IMG/VR virus record: IMGVR_UViG_3300037313_000116
Location: 1 to 37,012 of that record
Reading direction: 5' to 3' (one strand)
Source of the DNA: a virus
Taxonomy: Duplodnaviria > Caudoviricetes
Length of the DNA stretch: 37,012 nt
Shown: piece after piece, positions 8,901 through 17,384 of the stretch
Layout of the letters: each line of letters opens with the position of its first letter
Position numbering within the stretch: position 1 is the stretch's first letter
Notes under the pieces: generated by a model
The model's input: the letters and a program-made list of their open reading frames with translations, nothing else
Told to the model about the DNA's origin: nothing
The model's database searches: none
Translations under genes and position numbers: made by a program

Positions 8901-10455
8901 CCTTCTGCATACCCATATCTGACAGCTTATGGAAGAGGTCTTTGATGCCCATCACTCGCAGATCATTGGGACGACTATTGATGAAGTCCGAAGAGATCGC
9001 GTGCACTAGTTCATGAAGAACCGTATGAGGACTTACAGCACCCACTTTCGAAAAGCCAACAGTACGAGTAGTAGGATCATAATAGCCAGTAGCCTGACGA
9101 TCACCTATGTCCAAGATACCTTCATCATGCACACGGATGTTCAGACCTTCCAACTTACCTTTGAGGTAGTCAGCCAGATTACGGTAGGCCACATTCTCAT
9201 GATTATGCACAATAGTATCTAGAGCAGCATTAACATCCCCACTGACTAAGTGTTCAGCCATAGAGGCACTGTGCTCCGGAGCCATTAGAGACTTATCACC
9301 CACGAACTCATTAGCAAAATCGTGCTCACTATGAAAGTCCACCTTGTCCATGTTACGGGGATCAAGGAAGAAGGAACGAGTGGGGCTGTTCTCGATCCGT
9401 CCTACGGACTCGGCAAAGTCAAGCTCACGCTGAGCTTCCATCTTATTGAAGTCTTTTTGCTTTGCCAGTTCCTGCATTTCATAAGCAGCATCAATCTGTG
9501 CCTGCTTATGGGCATCCATATCATCAAATGCTTTAGTACGATTAGCACGATCAAAGGCATCTTGCATAATCCCACTATTAGGAATGGTATCATACGATTT
9601 CTCAGGTTCCCAATTAGCAATCCCCCGATCTACCTGATCTCGGCGAGCCAATTCATCAGTGACAGGAGTGCCAGTTGGTGCTTCTTGAGCATCCTCTAGA
9701 ATCTTACTGCCGAATAGATCGCCCTGAGCGTTGTCAATGGTAGCAGGCCGACCAGCTTGAGCCTCCGTTACATGACCGCCAACGTCATACGGATTGACGG
9801 CTGCAAAGTCATCTGCATGTGCTACAGTACCACTGTCGAACTGGTCAAAGGGATTGGCCTCTGCTTTAGGGGCTGGCTCATCCTTCTTGATAGTGGCTTC
9901 TATTTTATCAGCAGCTTTAGTATTCAGCTCACCCTTGCCTTTAAATGCTCCACCAAGGCGTTCAATGGGAAGTAGGTTAAGAGCAATCTCAGTACCCGCT
10001 TTACCAATAGCCTCGTTGGCAAGGTGATTACTACCCAAGTCTTTACCCACAAATGGAATAGAGTTCGCCAAGGTATCAAAGGTAGGACCACCACTTTCTA
10101 CGATCTTTTGTATACCTTTGTTCAGTCCCTCGGTAGCCTGCTTACCATACTTGCTTTGAGAATCATACTGAATCTTATCATTGATTGCCTTCTCAGTACC
10201 CTGTTTAACAGCCAAAGCTGCATCAGGATCACCCGTCATCAGGCCACCTAGATAGGTAATACCACCACCAAGACCAGCGGGAAGACCCGTTACGAAGTTA
10301 GAGGCAGCCTCATTGATGGGGCCAAAAGCAGCCCCAACAGTATGAAATGCTTTGTCCAGTACCTTACCAGCTTTACTAGAGAACGAATCCTCATGATCGT
10401 CAAACTGGTCGAACGGGTTTGCACTGTCAAATTTATCGAACGGGTTATTTTCCAT
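5929..10455 (-). CDS. large internal virion/ejection protein with zincin-like metallopeptidase domain
   Basis: 1508 aa, last virion gene; TVLHELVHA plus EFLAEAF..PEFQ..LK; NPFD(K/Q)FD repeats. Confidence 0.75.
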   Translation of the reverse strand: MENNPFDKFDSANPFDQFDDHEDSFSSKAGKVLDKAFHTVGAAFGPINEAASNFVTGLPAGLGGGITYLGGLMTGDPDAALAVKQGTEKAINDKIQYDSQSKYGKQATEGLNKGIQKIVESGGPTFDTLANSIPFVGKDLGSNHLANEAIGKAGTEIALNLLPIERLGGAFKGKGELNTKAADKIEATIKKDEPAPKAEANPFDQFDSGTVAHADDFAAVNPYDVGGHVTEAQAGRPATIDNAQGDLFGSKILEDAQEAPTGTPVTDELARRDQVDRGIANWEPEKSYDTIPNSGIMQDAFDRANRTKAFDDMDAHKQAQIDAAYEMQELAKQKDFNKMEAQRELDFAESVGRIENSPTRSFFLDPRNMDKVDFHSEHDFANEFVGDKSLMAPEHSASMAEHLVSGDVNAALDTIVHNHENVAYRNLADYLKGKLEGLNIRVHDEGILDIGDRQATGYYDPTTRTVGFSKVGAVSPHTVLHELVHAISSDFINSRPNDLRVMGIKDLFHKLSDMGMQKEFPSIVNPKEFLAEAFSSPEFQQYLKEHKLENQNRSTWRRFVDNVKSILGMSGSTRTPISDALEHTLDLGKQIAEAGKDTTKSTLEDAGMPSKLSDLMVTRKKKPEPVNTKNFEDVQRLKVPGLEGPISDFTFYDKPMDEIIGMAKQADDIPNTMLERLSHQLQAGGLFESLKTRNPVVKYTYERMTRATQEFSRNVKDYLTNPETGLVPRMREITPEEKGEIWAVQMLHEGHKELSGQELREAGMNEKQVAYYLKQREIDNRFFKDFNDTRAQLGMKPIDKRTAHIAGRFMGDFSRFVFDADGKIVGRIAGSTRWELDKISKFMAEKHPEWQMGKREYNTLGRGKRPADRFGGLMEAINFIERTDASAAKLFETYRDYMQSDAINYLNATRHAKAKVKDAGGIVGSQGNKPWETAMKNAEEGMKAQIAYYEQGYSWMAMEKAVHDLKPLLGDEEVVKQTPNATEWAKQYVDHALGRNQGVLADAANWTVSKLGEFSGIGHSNMFKASNLVKHFAMQKFMGLLNIPFSITQLMQPLQVHPGMIALLKNRGLEFSATTAQVKAANTYLHGLTDEKMTKLSGFEKQALDYAAKNGIMDVKMADHTKDINQSPIMENYHKIADLNITIPEHLTRGISFLFYSHLLKDAGIPTKDIFGAAENMTNFTMVNYHPIERPMGYAKLGWLGDIASTLTRYKHNQASQMAFYTREGIRADNGIKSYTPMAAFLATSLAFGGIMGFFGYNEADTAYQLVTNMLGKPDTLTNELFSHNTPELLTHGIFSTLGLDMTSRFSNANLIPDNMGQALIPYGSAVLDMAQATGRFVVQPNMTTGKMLGKSIAPQSIQGFLENQMFTEKQPDGRNLYQNNTAGPNFGKGRVYRSDGEMAMRNFGFRSIGESKELAKNYSDSQIQKGNADVVDRILTRAKYDSMSGNLTTAKIQGYIQQAAQLGESPDSFVSKFSTWMRDQHLSQDEQQRLQNATSGFKGAVNIREGR

Positions 10456-11510
10456 TAGTTTCCTAGAATTGTTTTAGAAGCACCTGCTCCATACTTCGCA
10501 TCAAACTGATCTCGAAGTTTCGGATTAGATTTGAGCATTTCAATAGCACCTTGCGGAATAGTCTTACCTTGTGGGACCGGGATCGCTTGAGTACCTTGTA
10601 CAGCAGCAGCAGCATTTTGCAGAGGAGTGGATTGACCAGTCATTTGCGCAGGTAGTGCATTAGCACCAGCAGCCCGCTCTTTAAGACGCTGCGCCTGTAG
10701 ACGATGAAGTTCTTCAACACGTGCAGGAGAGGCGGTGCCCTCAGCAATCTCATCTTCAATAGTAGAGATTTTCTGATCAGTATTCATCTTGGCATACATA
10801 GACTGAACACGCTTTTCAGCAGCCTGTATACGGGAATTAGCCGCCGTGTCCGCAACATACCGTTGGGTCTCGTTATTCCCCGTTGCAATATCACGTTGAG
10901 CAGCAGTACGTTGTGCTTCAAGTGCCGACTTTTGTAGGAAGTCCCCCGAAGCCATAGACATACCAGAACCGAGAGTTGCAAGGCTCTTGACCACTTCACT
11001 ATCCGGCATGTTCTCAACACCCTTTAGTACGGGATCATTGGGATCAACACCAAACTGTTGCATGATCTGTGGTGCTAGTTGTTTATGAAGAGCCGGGGGA
11101 TACTGACTCAATATTTGTGCGGTTTGCATTGCAATCTCACCAGTACGCCCCAGCTTACGCATACCATCACTACCAATTTGATCCCCGAGTTGGCTCAATC
11201 GTGCTGCTACTTTTTTTCCGAGCACTTGGGTGTCATACTGACCTTGTGCAGCAGTAGATTGTGATTGTCCCACAATACCCGGAAGTTCAGCTTGTTGAGC
11301 GGCAAGACGGCCCTGCATGAACTGAGCATTCAAGGGATTCATCACATCAGCTTGATTAATTTGTTGCTGTGTCTGTTGATTAGCAAGTTGCTTACTCATC
11401 AGATCAGCCTGCATCCCTTGACGGTCTAGGCCAGATTGCTGCCCCATTTGTAGAGCAGCAAGATTACCCATACCATTTTGGAACATCGTGTTTAGTTCAT
11501 ATGGACTCAT
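10455..11510 (-). CDS. internal virion/ejection protein (Gln/Ala-rich, helical)
   Basis: Composition and position between tail genes and large ejection protein. Confidence 0.65.
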   Translation of the reverse strand: MSPYELNTMFQNGMGNLAALQMGQQSGLDRQGMQADLMSKQLANQQTQQQINQADVMNPLNAQFMQGRLAAQQAELPGIVGQSQSTAAQGQYDTQVLGKKVAARLSQLGDQIGSDGMRKLGRTGEIAMQTAQILSQYPPALHKQLAPQIMQQFGVDPNDPVLKGVENMPDSEVVKSLATLGSGMSMASGDFLQKSALEAQRTAAQRDIATGNNETQRYVADTAANSRIQAAEKRVQSMYAKMNTDQKISTIEDEIAEGTASPARVEELHRLQAQRLKERAAGANALPAQMTGQSTPLQNAAAAVQGTQAIPVPQGKTIPQGAIEMLKSNPKLRDQFDAKYGAGASKTILGN

Positions 11511-11514
11511 TTAA

Positions 11515-12798
11515 TTACCTCGTAGGGGCAGAAGCCGGAGAGAACAGATTATTCAGATACGAACTACCAGCACCCAAAAGATTACTGAGTGCGGAACCAG
11601 AGCTACCCGCAGAACCAAGAGCATTGAAGATGCCGTTAAGGCTGTTATCATAATGGCCCCTAGATGCGGCTCCCATTGCATAAAACGACGGGCTGGTCAT
11701 GATCTTGGATCGTTGATCTGCGAGCATAGCTGCCAAGTTCTGTGCACGAATACCATATTGACTATTACGGCCAGCAGCAGCATCCTGAGCATTCATCTTT
11801 TGTTCCATCATGGTAGCTTCCGGAGTACCGGGTTTATACATACCAGTCAACTGGTCCATGTAATTCTGCCAGTAGTCCTTGTCCGCGGTATTCTGTTGAT
11901 AGCCAGTATAGGCACCAAGAATACTACCCAAACCTCCCAGAATATCTCCGATACCTACACCAGTAGGTAGACCAGTAGTACCTCCAGAACTCGTACCACC
12001 ACTGGAAGGAGTAACCACCGGCAGGGGGATTGGAGCAATGGGAATAGTACCCGGATTTGGAGTGTAATCAACCGGAGGTACAATAAGACCGCCAAGGCCG
12101 GAAGTCGGAGGCTTTTGGCCCGTAACCGTGACTACTGGGATGTCAGGATCAATACCAGAATCCGGACCTTGGATATTATCAGGGAGATCACCAAGATGAG
12201 GGTCTTGAGGAAGAGTACCGGGATTTGGAGTAAAGTCCAATCCGGCCAGTCCTGCTCCAAGAGCACCGCCAGCGGCGAGACCACCAAGACCTATTCCAGC
12301 ACCCGCACTAGCTGCCGGGGCAGTCATCGTTACGGTAGGAATTGCAGCATCCGCTAGTCCACCAAGCCCTGCCGCAGTACCTGCTCCAAGACCACCAGCA
12401 GAAGCAGCACCAGCAGTAGCTCCGCTGATCGACCCTAATCCTGCATCGGCTGCTGTACCAGCGGCAGCAGCTCCTTCTCCCGCAGCGGCAGCACCACTAC
12501 CAAATAGACCAAGAGCATCCGCACCTACCGCTGCACCATAAACTATGGGACCATATTTAATGATTCCATTCATGATAGGATCAATAATCTTACCAAGACT
12601 GTCTAAGAAACCGCCGCCTCCAAAATCCTCATACCCATTTGTATGATTCTGAATATCACTCCATCGCTGGGCCACTTGATTGTTATAAGCAGCCATGCCC
12701 TCCGGAGTGCTAATTTGTTGACGGAAGGCTAGGTCAGCAGCTTTCTTGGCCTCAATCTGTGCATCATAGTCATCGGCGTTTTCAGCTTTGTATGCCAT
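11515..12798 (-). CDS. Gly/Ala/Pro-rich DNA ejection (pilot-like) protein
   Basis: Low-complexity G/A runs, hydrophobic GxxxG segments, position after the gp10-like gene. Confidence 0.65.
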   Translation of the reverse strand: MAYKAENADDYDAQIEAKKAADLAFRQQISTPEGMAAYNNQVAQRWSDIQNHTNGYEDFGGGGFLDSLGKIIDPIMNGIIKYGPIVYGAAVGADALGLFGSGAAAAGEGAAAAGTAADAGLGSISGATAGAASAGGLGAGTAAGLGGLADAAIPTVTMTAPAASAGAGIGLGGLAAGGALGAGLAGLDFTPNPGTLPQDPHLGDLPDNIQGPDSGIDPDIPVVTVTGQKPPTSGLGGLIVPPVDYTPNPGTIPIAPIPLPVVTPSSGGTSSGGTTGLPTGVGIGDILGGLGSILGAYTGYQQNTADKDYWQNYMDQLTGMYKPGTPEATMMEQKMNAQDAAAGRNSQYGIRAQNLAAMLADQRSKIMTSPSFYAMGAASRGHYDNSLNGIFNALGSAGSSGSALSNLLGAGSSYLNNLFSPASAPTR

Positions 12799-12809
12799 CT
12801 TTAATTTCC

Positions 12810-14252
12810 TTATTGAGAACCGTTGTTAATGTCTACCTCAAAGCCTTCCAGACGAAGTGGATATGCTCCAGAATAAACCAGTTTAAAAGCACGCCTACGG
12901 AACATCCCCAATTGAGTGATGGTAGGCATAGTGTCACTAATCACAATACTTCTTCCAGACGAGTAGGACTGATAATCATTATCGGTCCAGTACAGTGTAC
13001 AGGAAGTAGAGTTGTTACCATTGGGTACATCACAGATCAGTGCAAATCGATGCATGAATTTTTGATTCATACTACCGAAGTCCTGCTTTTCACTGATTGC
13101 TACACTTGTGATGTTGGCAGTTGATGTTGGACTAGTTGCATCCGTCGAAATACCTTCCACCATAGTGTAGACATATCCGGTAGCACGGTCCAGAAGTAAT
13201 GGATATCCAGTGGAGTAGTCACTTGCATAATCACAATTGAACTTGGCAGTCCCGGTATAATCAGCCCATTGGTGCCACATCTGACTATCGAAATCAAATA
13301 CCCAAGTAACGTTCGTGAGGTTCAATACATAGAACTTATGTCCCTTTGATCGGATACAAAACGCCTTGGCATTCACTAGGTTAGTACCCTCATGGTCTAG
13401 GCTCTGGCGTACCGGCTCCGTACCAATCTCAGTAGGATTAAACCCATTGAATACCCAAACAGTGCGACCACCCATCTGTGTCTGTCCCACAAACACTACC
13501 TGTTCTTCAATCTGAGAAAGGGTGTCAGGAGCAGCAATACCAATCTGGTGTAGTGCTGCACTGTTGCGTGCAAAGGGAGTTCCGGGGAACGTACCAGTAT
13601 CATAGAAATATTCGGTAGTCTGGGAACCCACAGCTACGATGTAGTTATTCTGACGACAAACAGCAAGCACTGGATCAGGAAAGGTCTCAGCCGTGATGAA
13701 ATCACCAGCAGTCCAAGTCAACGGATCAAGTAGATTACTGTTGTACAGATCGGCAGTACCCTGCTTAGCAACCACCAAGTATCCATCAATATACCCACAG
13801 TGGACCACATGTGGGGTGGGGAAGTCTGCATCCGTGATCTGAGTCACCAAATTAGAACTATCGATGACCCATCCTGAGATACCATCCAACACAACTAGGA
13901 AGTTCTGATTAGTATTGTTGGCAAATTCCTGAAATCCAACAGCACCTGTAGAGGTGGACAGAACTTGTAGAGAACTTCCATTTCTGTATAGGGTGTTCCC
14001 AACCACGTAGAAGGTACTTCCATTCCAGTAGTAGATACCCCGGCCTTGGCCGGAAGTAGTGCCCAACTGGTATTGGAGACCTCCACGCTGTTCTAGATAA
14101 AACTTATTACCTTCGATCCCTTTCTTGGCTTCTGCAAAGAAGTTAATGAAGATTTGATCTTTAGTAATTGAAGCACCAGTGCGTTGCTCCGGATTTCCGA
14201 CAAAGCTAACTCGTTTAGTAGTATAGGTACTATAGTAGGGATTAGCGGCCAT
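12810..14252 (-). CDS. tail hub / packaged DNA stabilisation protein (P22 gp10-like)
   Basis: 480 aa beta-rich; DGY.VV, AE..PD, G..TTE.F, TW.FD....WH.W, LG.FRRR.F. Confidence 0.75.
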   Translation of the reverse strand: MAANPYYSTYTTKRVSFVGNPEQRTGASITKDQIFINFFAEAKKGIEGNKFYLEQRGGLQYQLGTTSGQGRGIYYWNGSTFYVVGNTLYRNGSSLQVLSTSTGAVGFQEFANNTNQNFLVVLDGISGWVIDSSNLVTQITDADFPTPHVVHCGYIDGYLVVAKQGTADLYNSNLLDPLTWTAGDFITAETFPDPVLAVCRQNNYIVAVGSQTTEYFYDTGTFPGTPFARNSAALHQIGIAAPDTLSQIEEQVVFVGQTQMGGRTVWVFNGFNPTEIGTEPVRQSLDHEGTNLVNAKAFCIRSKGHKFYVLNLTNVTWVFDFDSQMWHQWADYTGTAKFNCDYASDYSTGYPLLLDRATGYVYTMVEGISTDATSPTSTANITSVAISEKQDFGSMNQKFMHRFALICDVPNGNNSTSCTLYWTDNDYQSYSSGRSIVISDTMPTITQLGMFRRRAFKLVYSGAYPLRLEGFEVDINNGSQ

Positions 14253-14943
14253 AAGTCACCCAATCAGGCTGTAGAAACAAACTGCCCTCCTCGGTTCCAA
14301 ATGACAGTGCTTCTTGTAAGAAATACTCAGCTTGTCGTGCATAATCCTGACGATCCTGCAAGGGAATACCGAACTCAGGGCCGAGACGATATGCTAACCC
14401 ATATATAATTGCTTCAAGCCAGTACTGCGGAAAATCAAGGTTATCTGTACCACTCACAACATCTTGGAATGGCTTCTGATACACCAACTTGATCTGACGA
14501 TTAGCAATCGAGTAATCATCTGGAGTAGGCCAGATATGCAACACACCAGTCTGATTCAGTGGCTCATACCAATAATGAATTGGAGCACCTGTAGCAACCG
14601 TAGACGGCAGCAGATTATAATCCAGATGAGTTTTTTGATTCATCGGAATAATTGTACCTGCCAAATTGTCTACCAGAGTAGCTTGTGTAACCTTTAGAGG
14701 TGCTGGAATGTTAGTGCCTTCACTAAAAGTGTAGGACTTCGTGGCGGTCAGAGTCACTAGGTATTCAGAGATTACCCATAACGGCATGCCCTTAGCCTGA
14801 AAGGTTTTGAGCATGACATTAAGTGCCTGAGTACCATTGGACAGTTGGGTGGATGACGGCGAACCACCATCCCCCAAGACTGCCAGTTTACGAAGTGCTG
14901 CATTAACGATTGCATCACTGGTCATATTAAACGAGGAACTCAA
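14242..14943 (-). CDS. head-tail adaptor / tail tubular protein (P22 gp4-like)
   Basis: IV.AALRKL.VL, ALN.ML, IWP.PD, P..W.EAI.YGLA.RL.PE.G. Confidence 0.75.
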   Translation of the reverse strand: MSSSFNMTSDAIVNAALRKLAVLGDGGSPSSTQLSNGTQALNVMLKTFQAKGMPLWVISEYLVTLTATKSYTFSEGTNIPAPLKVTQATLVDNLAGTIIPMNQKTHLDYNLLPSTVATGAPIHYWYEPLNQTGVLHIWPTPDDYSIANRQIKLVYQKPFQDVVSGTDNLDFPQYWLEAIIYGLAYRLGPEFGIPLQDRQDYARQAEYFLQEALSFGTEEGSLFLQPDWVTYGR

Positions 14944-15371
14944 GATGCCACCCCATTCTTTTTTTCATACGTACGTAGAGTACCGAGACCCAACATACCC
15001 AGCAGAACTTGCATGGTCAAATTAGTATCAATAATAGGAAATGCTCCATTATAATGGAAAGCAACTTGTGCAATGAAACGTGCCAGTGGCTCCACCAATC
15101 CTACATAAGCAAGAGCAGCTCCACAAATCCAGCCAATGAAGGGACGCCAGCCACTCACAAAAGTGCTAGAACTGGCAGCCTCCACTTTGTTGATGTCCAT
15201 CTGCCCAGTGGCAAGTTGAACTTCTGCATGTAGCTGCTCAAGTTCCCCATTTTGTGCCAGTTCAGCTACCTTGAGTTTCGCTTCGGCCTGCTGCACCGGG
15301 TCTGGAATCACTCGATCAATTACTTTACCAATCAGTGCTGGGATTGCATCCAAGATAGCTAATGGCATCAT
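14940..15371 (-). CDS. holin (3TM GTA-type family)
   Basis: IDRVIPDP, N..EA.S...FV.GWRP.IGW, LLG.LGLG.LRT.EK. Confidence 0.85.
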   Translation of the reverse strand: MMPLAILDAIPALIGKVIDRVIPDPVQQAEAKLKVAELAQNGELEQLHAEVQLATGQMDINKVEAASSSTFVSGWRPFIGWICGAALAYVGLVEPLARFIAQVAFHYNGAFPIIDTNLTMQVLLGMLGLGTLRTYEKKNGVAS

Positions 15372-15562
15372 TTATCCTTTCGTTTCTTTAGCCATGTTTG
15401 AAATGGCTCAGAGTTATAGAATTGAAATCCAATCCATAAGATTGATATCAGGGCTGCAAGTGGGGGCAAAATCTGAGCTAGGGTTCCAAGTACAATACCA
15501 AATGACAAAACGTCACCAGTAATTCGGGTGGTTATACTTAGAACTGCCGACGTATCTGTCAT
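15368..15562 (-). CDS. small membrane protein, holin/antiholin candidate
   Basis: ATG 15562 with GGAGA RBS; hydrophobic core and basic KKRKDK tail. Confidence 0.6.
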   Translation of the reverse strand: MTDTSAVLSITTRITGDVLSFGIVLGTLAQILPPLAALISILWIGFQFYNSEPFQTWLKKRKDK

Positions 15563-15581
15563 ATTGATCTCCATAACTATA

Positions 15582-17372
15582 TTACGTGCGAGAGACAGTC
15601 CAGTTGTTGTATTCCGTAACCATATCAGGCTGGAACAGTTCATACACACAATAACATTCCGCATCCCATAGGTATTGGAAGCTTTGCGTAGATGAGATAT
15701 CGAAATAGACATACGTACTGCCATCTGGTTGAAGTGCAGATGCACTCATCGTCACAGTGACATCGGTTGCCGTAGACTTCGCATTCCGGTTAATTGCACC
15801 ACCTGAATTCTGAGCCGTTAGGAAGATATCACCACCAGAGTCTCCAGCACCACTAGTATTCAATGCTAGGAACTTGATACGAGCACAGACCTTATGGCCA
15901 TTACTTAACACCTTGGCTCGGAAGCGTAATTTACTTGCAGACGTTGCCTGAGAAGCGAACACACCTTTTTCAATAACCGAATAGTTGTTTGCCCCTGCAC
16001 CGACACTGTTGCTATTAAAGTAGGGGACACGAGTCTTAGCAAGTGGCATTAACGCAGAGGTAGTCGGAGTAAGTCCGTAGGAGGTCTTAGTTGCCGAAAC
16101 CGCAGCAGGCATATTATTATAAGTTGGTGCCGGAGGCGATGCCAGATTTTGGTTAGGCATGTCTCCCTCAATTACCACCACATCAGGGGTACATTTGGCT
16201 GTATTAATATATAGCCAATCTGTAAGTGGGATTTTATCCAACCCACGTAAGTACACTTTACGGGCGCTCTCCACATTCAAAAAGCCCGGTTTGCCACTGA
16301 TGTTTGATACAATTGGGCTGGACACATCCAGTTTGAACCTGCCGTCTACATATAGATAACCACCGCAGACTTCAGCGCCGCAATTGTGCATTTCTACGAT
16401 ACTACTGGTATCTAGGTAGTTGGTCGTAAAAGGTCCAGTAGTGCCAATATACTCATAGGCATTGCCAGTGTTGTTATCAGAGGCACAGCTAATCAGACAG
16501 GAATAAACGGTCTGATCCATAATACGATAGCCGGTTACACCATCTTTCGCATAGCAGTTCTGTGCCACGAATGATGTACCCTTTACCTTATAGCCGAGAG
16601 TATTGAAGCGAGCTTCACAGCTATTTAGTTGCATAAGACCTGCATAGAGGTCAAATCCAGTGGCAAAGTGCCAGCAGGCTACCGATTCCAGAATAACATG
16701 CGGACCAAAATTGGCCATTTTTAGGCCAGTATTGGTATTGGATGTACCACCTTCTTTACTGATAGTAAGACGCTTAATAGTCAACCAGCCATAGTATCCG
16801 GGTGCGCCGGTGTTGACAGCCATGCCATCAAAGTCACCAGACACACTAATTTTACTAATGATTTGGCTGTTAATCTCTCCAGAACCACCACAGCCTTCAA
16901 TAATAGTGTCTTGATTGATAATCAGAGTGGCCGTGGTTTTATAGGTTCCACCGGGGAAAAAGAAACGTCGAAGTTTACCATTAAAGGCATTTTGAATGGC
17001 GGTCGTATCATCGGTAACACCATTACCAGTGGCACCAAACCAACATACATTAACGGAGCCATCAAAACGGCGTTTCCATCGCTTACCGGTGCTAGCTACA
17101 ATCACCGTACCACCATCATCAGCAGTGGTTGTATCACTATCATCACGTACAAACATACCTGCAATACCAGACGGTGCACTCGTTGCAAGGTAGCCTGTGA
17201 GATAGACGCTCTGGCGCGGGCCGGTGTAGGCCCGCAGGGCGGTATAGTCAACAAGTTGTAGGGCATTAAGATCAGATTGAGCTTGTGGAAGGTCAGAATA
17301 GGCAGCCTTATTTACATCATTCAGCCAAGCTGAGTCAATAACCGTGCCGGTAGTAAAAGTTTTAGAAGTCAT
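15582..17372 (-). CDS. tailspike 1, right-handed beta-helix (pectate lyase 3-like) putative depolymerase
   Basis: WLNDVN anchor; DYTALRAY...DDGGTVIV...RWKR domain; V.WFGA.G.GVTDDT.AIQ.A. Confidence 0.85.
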   Translation of the reverse strand: MTSKTFTTGTVIDSAWLNDVNKAAYSDLPQAQSDLNALQLVDYTALRAYTGPRQSVYLTGYLATSAPSGIAGMFVRDDSDTTTADDGGTVIVASTGKRWKRRFDGSVNVCWFGATGNGVTDDTTAIQNAFNGKLRRFFFPGGTYKTTATLIINQDTIIEGCGGSGEINSQIISKISVSGDFDGMAVNTGAPGYYGWLTIKRLTISKEGGTSNTNTGLKMANFGPHVILESVACWHFATGFDLYAGLMQLNSCEARFNTLGYKVKGTSFVAQNCYAKDGVTGYRIMDQTVYSCLISCASDNNTGNAYEYIGTTGPFTTNYLDTSSIVEMHNCGAEVCGGYLYVDGRFKLDVSSPIVSNISGKPGFLNVESARKVYLRGLDKIPLTDWLYINTAKCTPDVVVIEGDMPNQNLASPPAPTYNNMPAAVSATKTSYGLTPTTSALMPLAKTRVPYFNSNSVGAGANNYSVIEKGVFASQATSASKLRFRAKVLSNGHKVCARIKFLALNTSGAGDSGGDIFLTAQNSGGAINRNAKSTATDVTVTMSASALQPDGSTYVYFDISSTQSFQYLWDAECYCVYELFQPDMVTEYNNWTVSRT

Positions 17373-17384
17373 TAAAGATACCTT

